Positions 11,442 to 21,793 of a stretch of DNA of 64,000 nucleotides are shown here, one piece after another. Made by a program: the position numbers and the translations under genes. How positions within the stretch are numbered: position 1 is the first letter of the stretch; each line of letters opens with the position of its first letter. The stretch is from positions 8,969,859 to 9,033,858 of the forward strand of contig NC_134036.1 in NCBI RefSeq assembly GCF_964204645.1, in the 5' to 3' direction. The DNA comes from Tubulanus polymorphus (taxonomy: Eukaryota; Animalia; Nemertea). Below the pieces are notes generated by a model. The model was not told where the DNA came from. It saw nothing but the letters and a program-made list of their open reading frames with translations, and did not search any database.

Positions 11442-12830
11442 ATGGTAGATAGTTTTCCAAAAGCTTTCCAATATAATAAATCAATTAAATATAATATTCC
11501 AGCAATAGATTTTAATAAAGATATTACATATAGAAATGAAGTTTTAGATTCATTAACTAATTTAGAAATTTATGTTACTGAAACTAAAAATTTTAATGCA
11601 AAGATTGAAAATATATTTCCTGTATATTTAATTAATTTTAAAAAATTGAAAGATGAAAAACAATGGTTATCAAAATCTAACATGAAGTATTGGCAGAACC
11701 AATTAAATTTTGCTGTTTATTGTGCAACAACAGGTTGTGGAATTAGTTGGAATGATCATTTGAATAATTCTAAATATAAATTAATTCAAAGTTTATTTAG
11801 ATTTCATACATACTTTCAAATCAGAATAATATTAAATGAATTAGAGTGTGCTTTACCAGGATCAAGATATTTTAAAGAATTAGATAATAATATTAATTTA
11901 TCAAAGTTTTATAAAATTTGCAATGAATTTAATATAGATATAAATAATTCTGATTTTAGAACAAAAATTGGAACAATAAGATCACTTCCTTGCCCTGAAA
12001 AGATTGCAGAATATTGTGCACTTCCCATACCATCTAATAGTTTTTATAATATCTATAATAATAAATTAGGTTATGGTAAAGTAGAAAAAAAGGATTTAGA
12101 AACATTAAATTTCAATAAATTACCGAAATTTTATGATCATTTAAAACAAGAAAACAATAATGGTTGGGTTTATTTTATTTTAGAAAATAGTGAAGGTTTT
12201 ACTAAATCAGGTATAGAAAGAATAAATCAATCTATTAGAACTTATTTGATTTGTATTCTAGGATCACAAGTTGAAACAAGATCACCGATAATTGGAAATT
12301 TGAATACATCATTTGATACACAGAAACAATTTAAAGTTTTATTTGAAGATTCAATTCATAATGATAAAAATAGATCGATTCCACAAAACATTATAAGATA
12401 TCAAAATTATCTAGATAAATCTCATGTAAGGCTTAATTATTGTATAGGCCCTAATCTATTAATTATTTCTAATGATTTAGTATTGAAGATGGGAAATATA
12501 ATTGGTTATAATAATCTAATTAAAACTGCAACAATAAATAATTCATTTGGATTGAATGATATAAAAAAAAAGATTATTACTGCTCCAAAATTAATGGAAG
12601 GTGAAAAAAATAAAAAACATATTCAATCAACAGAAACTAAAACTAAGAATATTAAATTGGATAATGATTCCAAAATAAAAGATTACAATACTACAGAAAA
12701 TATTAAAACTGATAATATTCAACATGATATAATTAAAACTGATAATGACAATGAATCCCATGAAAATACTAAATTAGCTATAACTTGTATAGGAATTGTA
12801 ATCGGAGGAATATTATATTTTAAATTTTAA
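11442..12830 (+). CDS. Conserved viral protein with C-terminal membrane anchor
   Basis: Intact 462-aa ORF with WQNQLNFAVYCATTGCGIS, FRFH and GFTKSGIERINQSIRTY; homologues at 52238..53563 and ~29860-30245. Confidence 0.85.
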   Translation: MVDSFPKAFQYNKSIKYNIPAIDFNKDITYRNEVLDSLTNLEIYVTETKNFNAKIENIFPVYLINFKKLKDEKQWLSKSNMKYWQNQLNFAVYCATTGCGISWNDHLNNSKYKLIQSLFRFHTYFQIRIILNELECALPGSRYFKELDNNINLSKFYKICNEFNIDINNSDFRTKIGTIRSLPCPEKIAEYCALPIPSNSFYNIYNNKLGYGKVEKKDLETLNFNKLPKFYDHLKQENNNGWVYFILENSEGFTKSGIERINQSIRTYLICILGSQVETRSPIIGNLNTSFDTQKQFKVLFEDSIHNDKNRSIPQNIIRYQNYLDKSHVRLNYCIGPNLLIISNDLVLKMGNIIGYNNLIKTATINNSFGLNDIKKKIITAPKLMEGEKNKKHIQSTETKTKNIKLDNDSKIKDYNTTENIKTDNIQHDIIKTDNDNESHENTKLAITCIGIVIGGILYFKF

Positions 12831-12846
12831 TTTTTTTATTATGTAA

Positions 12847-14535
12847 ATGGATGTAGAAGGTGGAGAAGATATTCCAATGGATCCTTTAGATGAACCTGGA
12901 ATAAGTGATGAACAACCACCTGATTTTAGTGAAACAAGTTTTAATGATGATAATGAGCCAGAATATAATACTAATTTAGGTGATGATTATGATGATGATT
13001 ATGATGATGATCCCGAATTACGTGAAAAATTAAATAGATATTTAAAAGCTCCTGAAATTGGTAGAATTTCAACTAGAAGAGAAAGAGGAGAATTTATGAA
13101 ACTATTAGTAAAACAACAAGAAAAATATCCTGATGAACGTTTGGAATTATTTAAAATGAAATCTAGAGTAACAGATACAATTGTTAACGAATTATTACCA
13201 ATAGTTGTATTACATGAAATTAATACTGAAGATGTTGTAGAACAAATTTTTAATGATGACATACATTTCACGAATAATTTAGAATTTAAAGATGATGCAT
13301 GGTATTATAATCTTGAATTAAATAGGAATACTGTATCAATTCAATTATCTAGAAAGGATCAAGAAAATATTTATGAACCTGAAATGCGATCAAGCTCTAC
13401 AGTTAAAAGTTCAAAAGGTGGCGCAGATTTTCTAAGAATTATATGGAATGCACTCGATAGAATAAATGAAGAAGAACCAATTCCTAAAATTGATATAAAC
13501 AAATATTCACCATTTAAAAATCCATTTAAAAATCCAAATCCTACTGATTTTGATCCAGAAATGGAAGAGAATAGAGATCGATTAGATAGATTTAGATCTT
13601 CAACACCCGAAACATCGAGAAGAGACACTCAACCAATTGATAATTATTCAAGTCAATTACAATTAGAAAAACAAATTGATAGATTAAGAGATTCAGAAGA
13701 ACTGATGAATAGTGATGGAATAAATCGACTGCAATATTTACTAGAAAAAGGATTTCTTAATTTAACTGATGAAGAATTAGAAGCATTTCCTGAACAAATA
13801 CGTAGAGAAATTAAAGGTATACAAGTATCAGCTGATGAAATTGCTAATATTAAGATGAGATTTTCTAAAATAACCATGTTAGAAAAAGAATTAACTAATG
13901 CAGATGAAGAATTAAAACAATTAGAATTAAATAGAGATCTTAATGTAATTTATGAAGTTGATTATGAAAGCAGAAAGTTAGCTTTAGAAAAAGAAATAGA
14001 TGATTTAGAATATAACATAAAATTACAAAAAGAAGAAAGAGATATATTATTAAAATCATATGATCTTAATCATATTAAAAAATTAAAAGTTATTTTTAAA
14101 GATTTGTTGATTAAACCAGATTCTGAAATATCATTAAAAGACAGAATAAAATTATTATTTAAGTTAGAAGGAATAACAATTCTTTCAATTCTAACAGCTG
14201 TAACTATGTTATTTACAACAATTGGTTTAGCTATATCAAATGCTTTAAAATCTACTCCTACTCCCAATAAACCAGATAAACCCCCGAATGATAATAATTC
14301 TATACAAGATAAAGTTAAAGATGGTTTAGAGAAATTAGCAAAATATTTATGGGAACTATCTAAAAAATCTGCTGCAGCTTTACCTGGAGTTATTGCTTCA
14401 ATTGTTGGTTTTATATTGAAATCTGCAGGAAACATTATTAACTTTGCTGCTGAACATATTATTTTATTTTTAATAACTGTTGTAAGTGCTATTATTTTTG
14501 GGTTAGTGAACATGATATCAAAAAATATCGAGTAA
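12847..14535 (+). CDS. Viral acidic/coiled-coil protein with C-terminal membrane helices
   Basis: Intact 562-aa ORF; C-terminal ~150 aa nearly identical to 50782..52221 and to the fragment 56468..56710. Confidence 0.85.
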   Translation: MDVEGGEDIPMDPLDEPGISDEQPPDFSETSFNDDNEPEYNTNLGDDYDDDYDDDPELREKLNRYLKAPEIGRISTRRERGEFMKLLVKQQEKYPDERLELFKMKSRVTDTIVNELLPIVVLHEINTEDVVEQIFNDDIHFTNNLEFKDDAWYYNLELNRNTVSIQLSRKDQENIYEPEMRSSSTVKSSKGGADFLRIIWNALDRINEEEPIPKIDINKYSPFKNPFKNPNPTDFDPEMEENRDRLDRFRSSTPETSRRDTQPIDNYSSQLQLEKQIDRLRDSEELMNSDGINRLQYLLEKGFLNLTDEELEAFPEQIRREIKGIQVSADEIANIKMRFSKITMLEKELTNADEELKQLELNRDLNVIYEVDYESRKLALEKEIDDLEYNIKLQKEERDILLKSYDLNHIKKLKVIFKDLLIKPDSEISLKDRIKLLFKLEGITILSILTAVTMLFTTIGLAISNALKSTPTPNKPDKPPNDNNSIQDKVKDGLEKLAKYLWELSKKSAAALPGVIASIVGFILKSAGNIINFAAEHIILFLITVVSAIIFGLVNMISKNIE

Positions 14536-14575
14536 ACATGATAAAAAATAAATAATTAATTTTTTTGTTAAACAA

Positions 14576-15829
14576 ATGAGTGGGAGTTATATAAGTCCTT
14601 CTAAGATTTCTAGAATATCTAATGTTATTAAAGCAGAAAGATCACATCGTATAATTACTCATAACCCTTCTAATATCAATCCCGATGAAACTTTATACGT
14701 TAGAATTCCTAGATTAACACAAAATACTTTTTATGTTCCAAATAGTATTTATTTATCAGCCGATATAAAAGTAATCGGTAATAATAATAATTATGTCGTT
14801 GATAATGTTGGAAGATATTTGATTAAAAAGTTAAAGATAAAAATAAAGATTGGTCCAGAAACAGTTTTCTCATTAGATGATTATAATTTATTTATGCACT
14901 ATAAAGATTTATGGTTAACTAAAGAAAATAGAAATAATATGATATTTCAAGGCATCCAATCAGAAAACCAAAATAAATTAAGATCAGAAGCTAATAGCGC
15001 AATATTAACAAATGATGTAGATAAATTGATAAAAAGTATATATGGAAACAAATATAAAATTCCATTAGACTTTGAATTGATAAATAATAATGCACCTTTA
15101 TATAAATACGCAATTCAAGAAGATATTATATTCGAAATAACATTTGCTCCTGTAAATGAAATTGTAATATCTAGCGTTAATAAAGATATGAGTTATAAAT
15201 TATCGAATATATGTTTAGAATATGATACAGTAACTGATGAAAATATTTCAAGAATAATTCAAACTAAATACAATCAAGGATTTTCATTATTATATGATTA
15301 TATTGATAAATTTAAAACTGTAACTATTAATGCAAATGATGAAATTATTAATGAGAATATTAACTTTCCTAGAAGATCTATTAAAGGTATATTAATATTT
15401 TTTACCATTGGAACGTATACTAATGGCGCAATAAATGTTGACAATTATTATAATCCTGAAATAACAAAAGTAGAAATAACTATCGAAGGAATAGCGAATA
15501 AAATATTTTGTCAAGGAATGAGAATGATTGATCAATGGGTAGAAATTAAAAAACATTTTATGAATGAAAAAGTAAAATCATTTGAAAATTGTAACATTAA
15601 TCAAATTGATTATTATACCGGTAATAAATTTGCATTATGGTTAGATTTTAGAACAACTGAAGATAATTCATTACATGGTTCTGGGAAAAAATTACAAAAC
15701 ACTAAAGATGGAATACAATTATTCATGACAAAGAAAAAGGGAATTAAAAATTTTAAAATGCACATTTATATTATATCTGACGCGCAATTAAATATTGTAA
15801 ATTCACAATTAGATAGTGTTATGTATTAA
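14576..15829 (+). CDS. Major capsid protein (double jelly-roll, Polinton/adintovirus type)
   Basis: Intact 417-aa beta-rich ORF with THNPSNI, VDNVGR and ALWLDFRT...LHGSG; the most conserved gene among the three copies. Confidence 0.8.
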   Translation: MSGSYISPSKISRISNVIKAERSHRIITHNPSNINPDETLYVRIPRLTQNTFYVPNSIYLSADIKVIGNNNNYVVDNVGRYLIKKLKIKIKIGPETVFSLDDYNLFMHYKDLWLTKENRNNMIFQGIQSENQNKLRSEANSAILTNDVDKLIKSIYGNKYKIPLDFELINNNAPLYKYAIQEDIIFEITFAPVNEIVISSVNKDMSYKLSNICLEYDTVTDENISRIIQTKYNQGFSLLYDYIDKFKTVTINANDEIINENINFPRRSIKGILIFFTIGTYTNGAINVDNYYNPEITKVEITIEGIANKIFCQGMRMIDQWVEIKKHFMNEKVKSFENCNINQIDYYTGNKFALWLDFRTTEDNSLHGSGKKLQNTKDGIQLFMTKKKGIKNFKMHIYIISDAQLNIVNSQLDSVMY

Positions 15830-15861
15830 AATTTTAACTTTAATAAAAATATATATAATAA

Positions 15862-16920
15862 ATGGAAGGTAAAGTATATGAAAGAATCAAAGCTGATAAA
15901 GAAATCAATGATGATTTGTATTATGTAATACCTTATAAAAGAATAAATGAATATATTGGAACATTTTTATTAAATGAATTAAATCAATACAAAGAATATT
16001 TAATTGAACGTAATAATAATATTGAAACAAAAATAGAAGATAATATTGAAACAAAAATAGAAGATAAGATTGAAACAAAAATAGAAGATAATGTTATACC
16101 TTCTACATCGAATGATGATAAGATTGAAACAAAAATAGAAGATAATGTTATACCTTCTACATCGAATGATGATAAGATTGAAAAATCAAATGTTCAACCA
16201 AAAGATAACATTAGATGTATGTATTGTGAAGAAGATTTTGATAATTATAATGATTATTTATTACACATCAAAAAAGATGAACATATTTTACAATTAGTAA
16301 AAACATATACCAATATATATAAAGATAAATGTAAAGAGGATCAGAATTATTGTGCTTTCTGTAATGAATGTATAACAAAGGCTAATTGGGCAAAACATTA
16401 TAAATTAAAAACAAAAAGTGGAAATGATTCAGCCCATGCAATAAAAGTATTTAAATCTTGGTGTGAAAAATGTAAAGAATATGTAATATATGATAAACAA
16501 TTGAATCATAAATACTCAATTAAACATATTGGTACAGATAATGTAATAGAAGATCCAAGAGTTATAAATCCAAAATTTAATAATAATAATATATTAGATT
16601 ATCGGTGGTATAGAAAAACATTTATAGATTATTTCTCGAGTAATGATATAGTTACCATATTGAAAAAGTTAGATAACTTTAAACCAAATGTAAGTTATGC
16701 AATGAAGTTATTTGAACTTAAATATGATGATTTTAGAGAATTTTTAAATAAACATCCATCTAAAACTGAAATCGAAAATTATATTCCAAAAATATTTTCA
16801 AGAGTAAAATTCTATAGATATAAACTTGGGAATCGTTCAGGAATTATAACAATGAAAATGCAAAGGGATATATATTTAGAATACAATAAGCTTAAAGAAA
16901 AATATGAAAATGAAAATTAA
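15862..16920 (+). CDS. Accessory protein with three C2H2-like zinc fingers and KIED repeats
   Basis: 352 aa; CMYC..H..H, CAFC..H..H and CEKC..H..H; tandem coding repeats ~16016-16180. Confidence 0.75.
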   Translation: MEGKVYERIKADKEINDDLYYVIPYKRINEYIGTFLLNELNQYKEYLIERNNNIETKIEDNIETKIEDKIETKIEDNVIPSTSNDDKIETKIEDNVIPSTSNDDKIEKSNVQPKDNIRCMYCEEDFDNYNDYLLHIKKDEHILQLVKTYTNIYKDKCKEDQNYCAFCNECITKANWAKHYKLKTKSGNDSAHAIKVFKSWCEKCKEYVIYDKQLNHKYSIKHIGTDNVIEDPRVINPKFNNNNILDYRWYRKTFIDYFSSNDIVTILKKLDNFKPNVSYAMKLFELKYDDFREFLNKHPSKTEIENYIPKIFSRVKFYRYKLGNRSGIITMKMQRDIYLEYNKLKEKYENEN

Positions 16921-16924
16921 AAAG

Positions 16925-17544
16925 ATTATAGAATTCACTGTATATTGATGGATGAATGGATGAGTTGGAAGAGTTGGATGAATTGGATGAGTGGAAGAGT
17001 GAATGAGTATAATAATATATATATTTTACTTTTTAACACATAAATTGGAAGAATAGTATGAGTATAAATATAATATTTTTATTCTTTATTAAATTTAACA
17101 CAATATATATTTATTATTATATGACATTTATTATTTATCATTTTATTATTTATTATTTTATAAAAATATATTTATTATTTATCATTTTATTATTTATCAT
17201 TTTATTATTTATTATTTTATAAAAATATATTTATTATTATATGATATTTATTATCTGTCATTTTATTATTTTATAAAAATATATTTATTACTTATCATTT
17301 TATTATTTATTATTTTATGAAAATATATTTATTATTATATGACATTTATTATCTGTCATTTTATTATTTTATAAAAATATATTTATTATTATATGACATC
17401 TTCAAATCAAACTCTTACTGTTTTAAAAATAAAAAACATATGTAAATTATATATTATTACACTCTTCCATTCATCCACTCTTCCAATTCATCCAATTCAT
17501 CCAATTCATCCACTCATCCATCAATATACAGTGAATTCTATAAT
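16925..17544. repeat. Fold-back region: inverted arms with GGATGA-type repeats around an AT-rich minisatellite
   Basis: attatagaattcactgtatattgatggatga (16925-16955) is the exact reverse complement of 17514-17544; looser symmetry continues inward; ttattatt/aaaatatat repeats at 17100-17400. Confidence 0.88.
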
Positions 17545-17560
17545 ATTTTGAATTAGGATT

Positions 17561-18175
17561 TTATTTTATAAATTTATATTCATATGGAAATTGTAATCTC
17601 ATAAGTAATTTGGAACCTTTATTATTTTTTAATTTATTCATATACTCATCATGTAATTCAGGAGGTATAATTTGATTTTCTTCCAATGATTGTTGCATAG
17701 ATTTTTTATCTTTGTTATAAAATAAAACTAGAAATCTTATATTCTCTCTAAAATCTTTCACAATTGAATTATATTTCTGATTTAAAACCCATGTTGTTAT
17801 CCCAAAATGTCTACCAGAGAAAGCTAAATAACATAACTCACTTTCTCTAATTTTAGAATCATGTAAATTTGCGCAATCATCAATAATAAATAATGTATTA
17901 GATCCTTTATAAATATCTAATGCAATTTTTATACAATTATCTAAATTTTCTTTTACTGTTTTAGAATTTAATATAATAAACTTTTTATCTTTAAAAACTA
18001 TATCTCTATTATACGTTTCATTCATTTCATAAGTAGGACAGAATAATATTATATTATCAAAATGATTCTTATAAATAGTTTCTAATAAATCTAATATGAA
18101 GTGTGTTTTACCGCAGTTTGTAACTCCAGTTATTAACATATTATGTGGTTCAAATATAAATAAATCTTTATTCAT
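17561..18175 (-). CDS. A32/FtsK-like genome-packaging ATPase (copy A)
   Basis: Walker A GVTNCGKT, Walker B LFIIDD, SGRH arginine motif; intact 204 aa. Confidence 0.9.
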   Translation of the reverse strand: MNKDLFIFEPHNMLITGVTNCGKTHFILDLLETIYKNHFDNIILFCPTYEMNETYNRDIVFKDKKFIILNSKTVKENLDNCIKIALDIYKGSNTLFIIDDCANLHDSKIRESELCYLAFSGRHFGITTWVLNQKYNSIVKDFRENIRFLVLFYNKDKKSMQQSLEENQIIPPELHDEYMNKLKNNKGSKLLMRLQFPYEYKFIK

Positions 18176-19255
18176 TTATTCTTTTAATTTTACTAGATAA
18201 AATCCATTCATTAAATTTATCATCATATCCTTTATATTTCACCAAAGAATACTTTTTTCCTTTAAGAGTTTTTGTTTTCAATACTTTTTCTATTTTGTAT
18301 TCTATTTCATCTGGATTTGGTACTAATGATAATTCTTGTTCATAAAAATAACCTAATATTTCTTCATCTTTTAAATCAAACAATTTATAAACAAATGGTT
18401 TAGTTAATATTATCTTTTTAATTTTAAATATTTCTTTAGTAAAATTAGGGGTATAACCTTTATAAATGTTTTTCGATATTTAGAAATTCTAACATGTTGT
18501 CCTATTTTAAATTTAGGTTCTCCGAAATCATGTGTAACAAATGCTCCATATAAATTATTCCAAACTATTTCCGAATTATCTTCTTTTCTAGCTTGTATAG
18601 GTTTCATATTTATAGAACTATGTTTAGAATTATTATAACCTTTAACTAAATCATCTAACACATCGATATATTTATATGTTTCATTAGCGGTGAAATATTT
18701 CCACATTCTAGTTTTCAATGTTTTATTAAATCTTTCTATAACAGATGCTTTTTTATCTGAGTGTGTGGAAAAATATTCTACATCGTTATCAGATAATAGT
18801 TTTTTAAAATGTTTGTTATGAAATTCTTTACCTTCATCAAATTGTATCTTATCTGGAATAGCTTCTTTAAATATTAATTTGAAAGCATTTGTTACTTCTA
18901 TACCGGTTTTATTTTTAATCGGGATACTCCATGCGTATCTACTGAATATATCTATAACATTTAGTATCCAAAAATATCCTTTGTTATATTCTTCTAAGTT
19001 TTTCATATCAATTAAATCAGCTTGCCATTGCTGATCGATATATGAAACCATTACTTTTCTTGTTAAATATTTTGTATCCATCTTTTTATGAATTTGATAT
19101 GTGGGTTGATTTTGTAACCATGATTTTAATTCACTATATTTTATTTTTTCTTTATCAGATTTAATTTTATCCCATAATTCCGAAACACTTGAATATGAAA
19201 CTTCACTTTCTGGGTTATAATATAACTCTCTTAAATATTGTTCTTTTTTCATCAT
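18168..19255 (-). pseudogene. Retroviral-like DDE integrase with C-terminal chromodomain (copy A, frameshifted)
   Basis: WQADLID, QFDEGKEF, IERFNKT; the chromodomain (YSLVKYKGYDDKFNEWI) lies in a separate frame at 18168..18383. Confidence 0.9.
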
Positions 19256-19357
19256 ATTTTAATCCATTAATAATATTTTAGATTTAGTTTCATTTGATTT
19301 ATTTTCTGGTATAATAGGTTTATTGTCTGTACATGATCTCGAAATCCATAACCAAAA

Positions 19358-19672
19358 ATGACTAACAACGGTGGAAGATGGATGGTCATCCCGGACGATA
19401 TCGAAGCAGTATTGGAGGGCGACATTTGTCTATTTTCCGGACAGCGGGCCTGACTGCTGTGCGAGCGATGCCAATATCGGCATCCACTATGCAATAATTG
19501 CACAGCAAGGCTAATCTGCACCGGCTCTGACTCGGGCCGCGAGAATGCGGAAAATGTGATACATTGCCCGTTCTGTCGAAACGTGATTTATTGGATCCGT
19601 GTTATGAATCGGCATAGACGAATGGTACGTAACCGGATAGAGAGGGCCAATCGGCGACGACAACAACAATAG
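19358..19672 (+). pseudogene. RING-finger-like gene with an internal stop
   Basis: Manual translation ...ICLFSGQRA*LLCERCQYRHPLCNNC...HCPFCRN. Confidence 0.55.
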
Positions 19673-19933
19673 TTGCAGCGCCGATGATAATTAATGACGA
19701 CGAGGAAAATGATGACCGCGACGACGACGACGACACAGGCAACCCCCCACTCCAAACAGTTCTTTTTAGAACTACTTCAATTTCCAAGAAAGAGCCAGTG
19801 TTAAAACGCCTCGCCTCGCTTTTTGCTTCAGTTTTTCTCCAAGTTTTAACAAAACTTTTTTTCCTCGGTGTGATTGTAGAAATATAATTTAAAAACGACT
19901 AAATTCATATACATAATAGTTTATTATAGAAGT

Positions 19934-20389
19934 TTAAAATATTTCACGATAAATTTTTTTTACAAAATAATCATTATCAGTAGTTTTGTTTGACAATAGT
20001 TTTGTAATATCGCGTACATCGTTACCGTGACATAGGTGTAATAGTACAAATATAGCGTAATAACCGCATACATCGGATAATACATTTTGATACATCTTAT
20101 TATTATATTTCCAGTCTATACAATTTTCATCCAAGTATTTTTCTAATATTATATCATAAGTTCGGGGTAATTGCCCGAAGGAATAAAAAAGATAACCAAT
20201 TCCGTATCCGTTTATATATATAGCTAACCAGCGTTCGCCAGGCTCGTCGTGATTATCAGTGTTTACTATAAAACCAGCAGGATAGCTCGTTATATTCGGT
20301 AGTCTGTCACATGGGTAAACACCAAAGAAAAACGCTTTCAGACATTCGTCTTTTTTCATAAATTCTAAAATTTGGTTTGTGTACAACAT
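19934..20389 (-). pseudogene. Adenain-like (Maverick/adenovirus) cysteine protease; catalytic His apparently replaced
   Basis: GVYPCDRLP, FIVNTD..DEPGERW (H expected at R), YSFG, YQ....VCGYY. Likely start is MLYTNQ at 20389, by comparison with 22543. Confidence 0.85.
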
Positions 20390-20500
20390 GGTCTCTATAT
20401 GACGTTCTTTAGTTACTTGTAGTAATTCGTCGAAAACGGCGTAAACAATCGAATTCACGTTATGCGGTAAAGCTTCATCAAATCGCAGTAGTGATGGTGG
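20390..20500 (-). pseudogene. C-terminal tail of a classical Maverick-type major capsid protein
   Basis: LRFDEALPHNVNSIVYAVFDELLQVTKERHI resembles the Maverick MCP C-terminus and sits directly upstream of the protease. Confidence 0.6.
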
Positions 20501-20539
20501 GGTACTATAGGCCCGTGGTTAAATTGTGGTTGTGGTTAA

Positions 20540-20685
20540 TCCAAGATGGCGGCGGTCATGTGATCCAAGATGGCGTACATCCAAGATGGCTGCGGTCATG
20601 TGATCCAAGATGGCGTCCGTACAAGATGGCGGCGGTCATGTGATCCAAGATGGCGTCCGTCCAAGATGGCGGCGGTCACGTGACC
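20540..20685 (+). repeat. 40-bp tandem array with seven CAAGATGGC (YY1-type) sites and four E-boxes
   Basis: caagatggc at 20542, 20566, 20582, 20606, 20622, 20646 and 20662; tcatgtga three times and gtcacgtgac once. Confidence 0.88.
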
Positions 20686-20853
20686 CCTATGATTCAAAAA
20701 TTGCGGTGGATGCTCCCGACAGCTGTTACCCGATTACTCATGCGATAATCCGCGTTCGAATAGATTAAACAATACCAATTAACGACAGTTATATATTTCA
20801 AACAATGTTATTTATTTCAAACCAAGATATATATGTAATATAGGAATAGCGTT

Positions 20854-21012
20854 CTATTTTTTACATTTCATGCATTTGTTACGATTGTTGCTGAACGCCT
20901 TGACACACACATCGTGAATAACGCATCCACAATATCTCTCAGTTTTGCAATGTTCCATACATATCACGCACAATTTAACGCTGCAAACACGCAATAAACA
21001 CTTAAAACACAT
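20854..21012 (-). CDS. 52-aa RING-like protein
   Basis: MCFKCLLRVCSVKLCVICMEHCKTERYCGCVIHDVCVKAFSNNRNKCMKCKK; shorter than the ORF-track cut-off. Confidence 0.5.
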   Translation of the reverse strand: MCFKCLLRVCSVKLCVICMEHCKTERYCGCVIHDVCVKAFSNNRNKCMKCKK

Positions 21013-21015
21013 CTG

Positions 21016-21462
21016 TTAATCAGATGATGTTTCGAGGTCACCTTTGCATTTTCTACAAAATGTTCCGGCAATACAGGACTGATAAACGTCAGGTGACTTC
21101 CAATCTTTACAGCGCCGACACATTGTTGTTCGGATCCTACGCGTCAAGTTATGAATAGCTGAACTATCTTCCATCGGGCAGTTGAAATTCTTTGAGTTAG
21201 GTTCACACCTTTTAACCGTTATCTTCCAACATACCGAACAAATACTTTTCTTACAGCATTTCGTCAGTTTTATGTCCGAAATATGTAAGACCAGTCTACA
21301 ATAACCGTGACAAACTCCATATCCTGGTTCACAGTCGAAACTAATCATAATTATTTCGCTTAATTCTATTTCGCTGCAATCAAAAAATGATTTTTCTAAG
21401 GTGATCAAGGAATCCACCTTCTTTGCAAATATTAAAATGATGTTATGAAACAAATCAAGCAC
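21016..21462 (-). CDS. Cys-rich RING-like protein
   Basis: 148 aa with C..C, KCCKKSICSVC...NCP and further CxxC pairs. Confidence 0.55.
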   Translation of the reverse strand: MLDLFHNIILIFAKKVDSLITLEKSFFDCSEIELSEIIMISFDCEPGYGVCHGYCRLVLHISDIKLTKCCKKSICSVCWKITVKRCEPNSKNFNCPMEDSSAIHNLTRRIRTTMCRRCKDWKSPDVYQSCIAGTFCRKCKGDLETSSD

Positions 21463-21478
21463 AATTACGTCAGGATGT

Positions 21479-21793
21479 TTGATCGTTGTTAGCTACGAGT
21501 TAGTAAAGTTTATGATGACATATGGTAACCAAAGAGTTGACCACACGCAGCACGACCAGTGTACATTTTGTGGGTCTTTTCTCGACCTTACGTGCCGTGT
21601 GTGTTTGGAGGTGTGCGTGGACACACCGACATCATGCTGCGGAAAGCAGATCTACATTAAGTGTATAGAACGCTTATAGAACACACGAGATTACGAATGT
21701 CCGTATTGCCGAAGAGATGACCGCGATCCACTGCCGTCGGAACAATGTCGTTCAATCCCGACGTATATGATTCAGAACGCGTATATATTTTAA
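21479..21793 (+). pseudogene. RING-finger-like gene with an internal stop
   Basis: CRVCLE...SCCGKQIYIKCIERL*NTRDYECPYCRR. Confidence 0.6.

Larger units (their letters stand above)
8085..19310. mobile_element. Endogenous AT-rich Polinton/Maverick (adintovirus-like) virus, copy A, internally deleted and without visible TIRs
   Basis: Abrupt shift to very AT-rich, gene-dense, intronless DNA encoding pPolB, minor capsid, membrane proteins, MCP, ATPase and integrase. Confidence 0.9.

Noticed and set aside
14070-14513. Recurrent antisense ORF (also 50798..51244 and 56458..56790)
   Set aside because: Mirror of the conserved hydrophobic C-terminus on the other strand; no TAAATG start and variable ends.
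8085-19310. Bacteriophage or bacterial contamination
   Set aside because: Chromodomain integrase, no Shine-Dalgarno pattern, and related copies in the window are interrupted by eukaryotic transposons with TSDs.
20540-20685. CRISPR-like array
   Set aside because: Sequences between the repeats are themselves repeated, there are no unique spacers or cas genes, and the context is eukaryotic.
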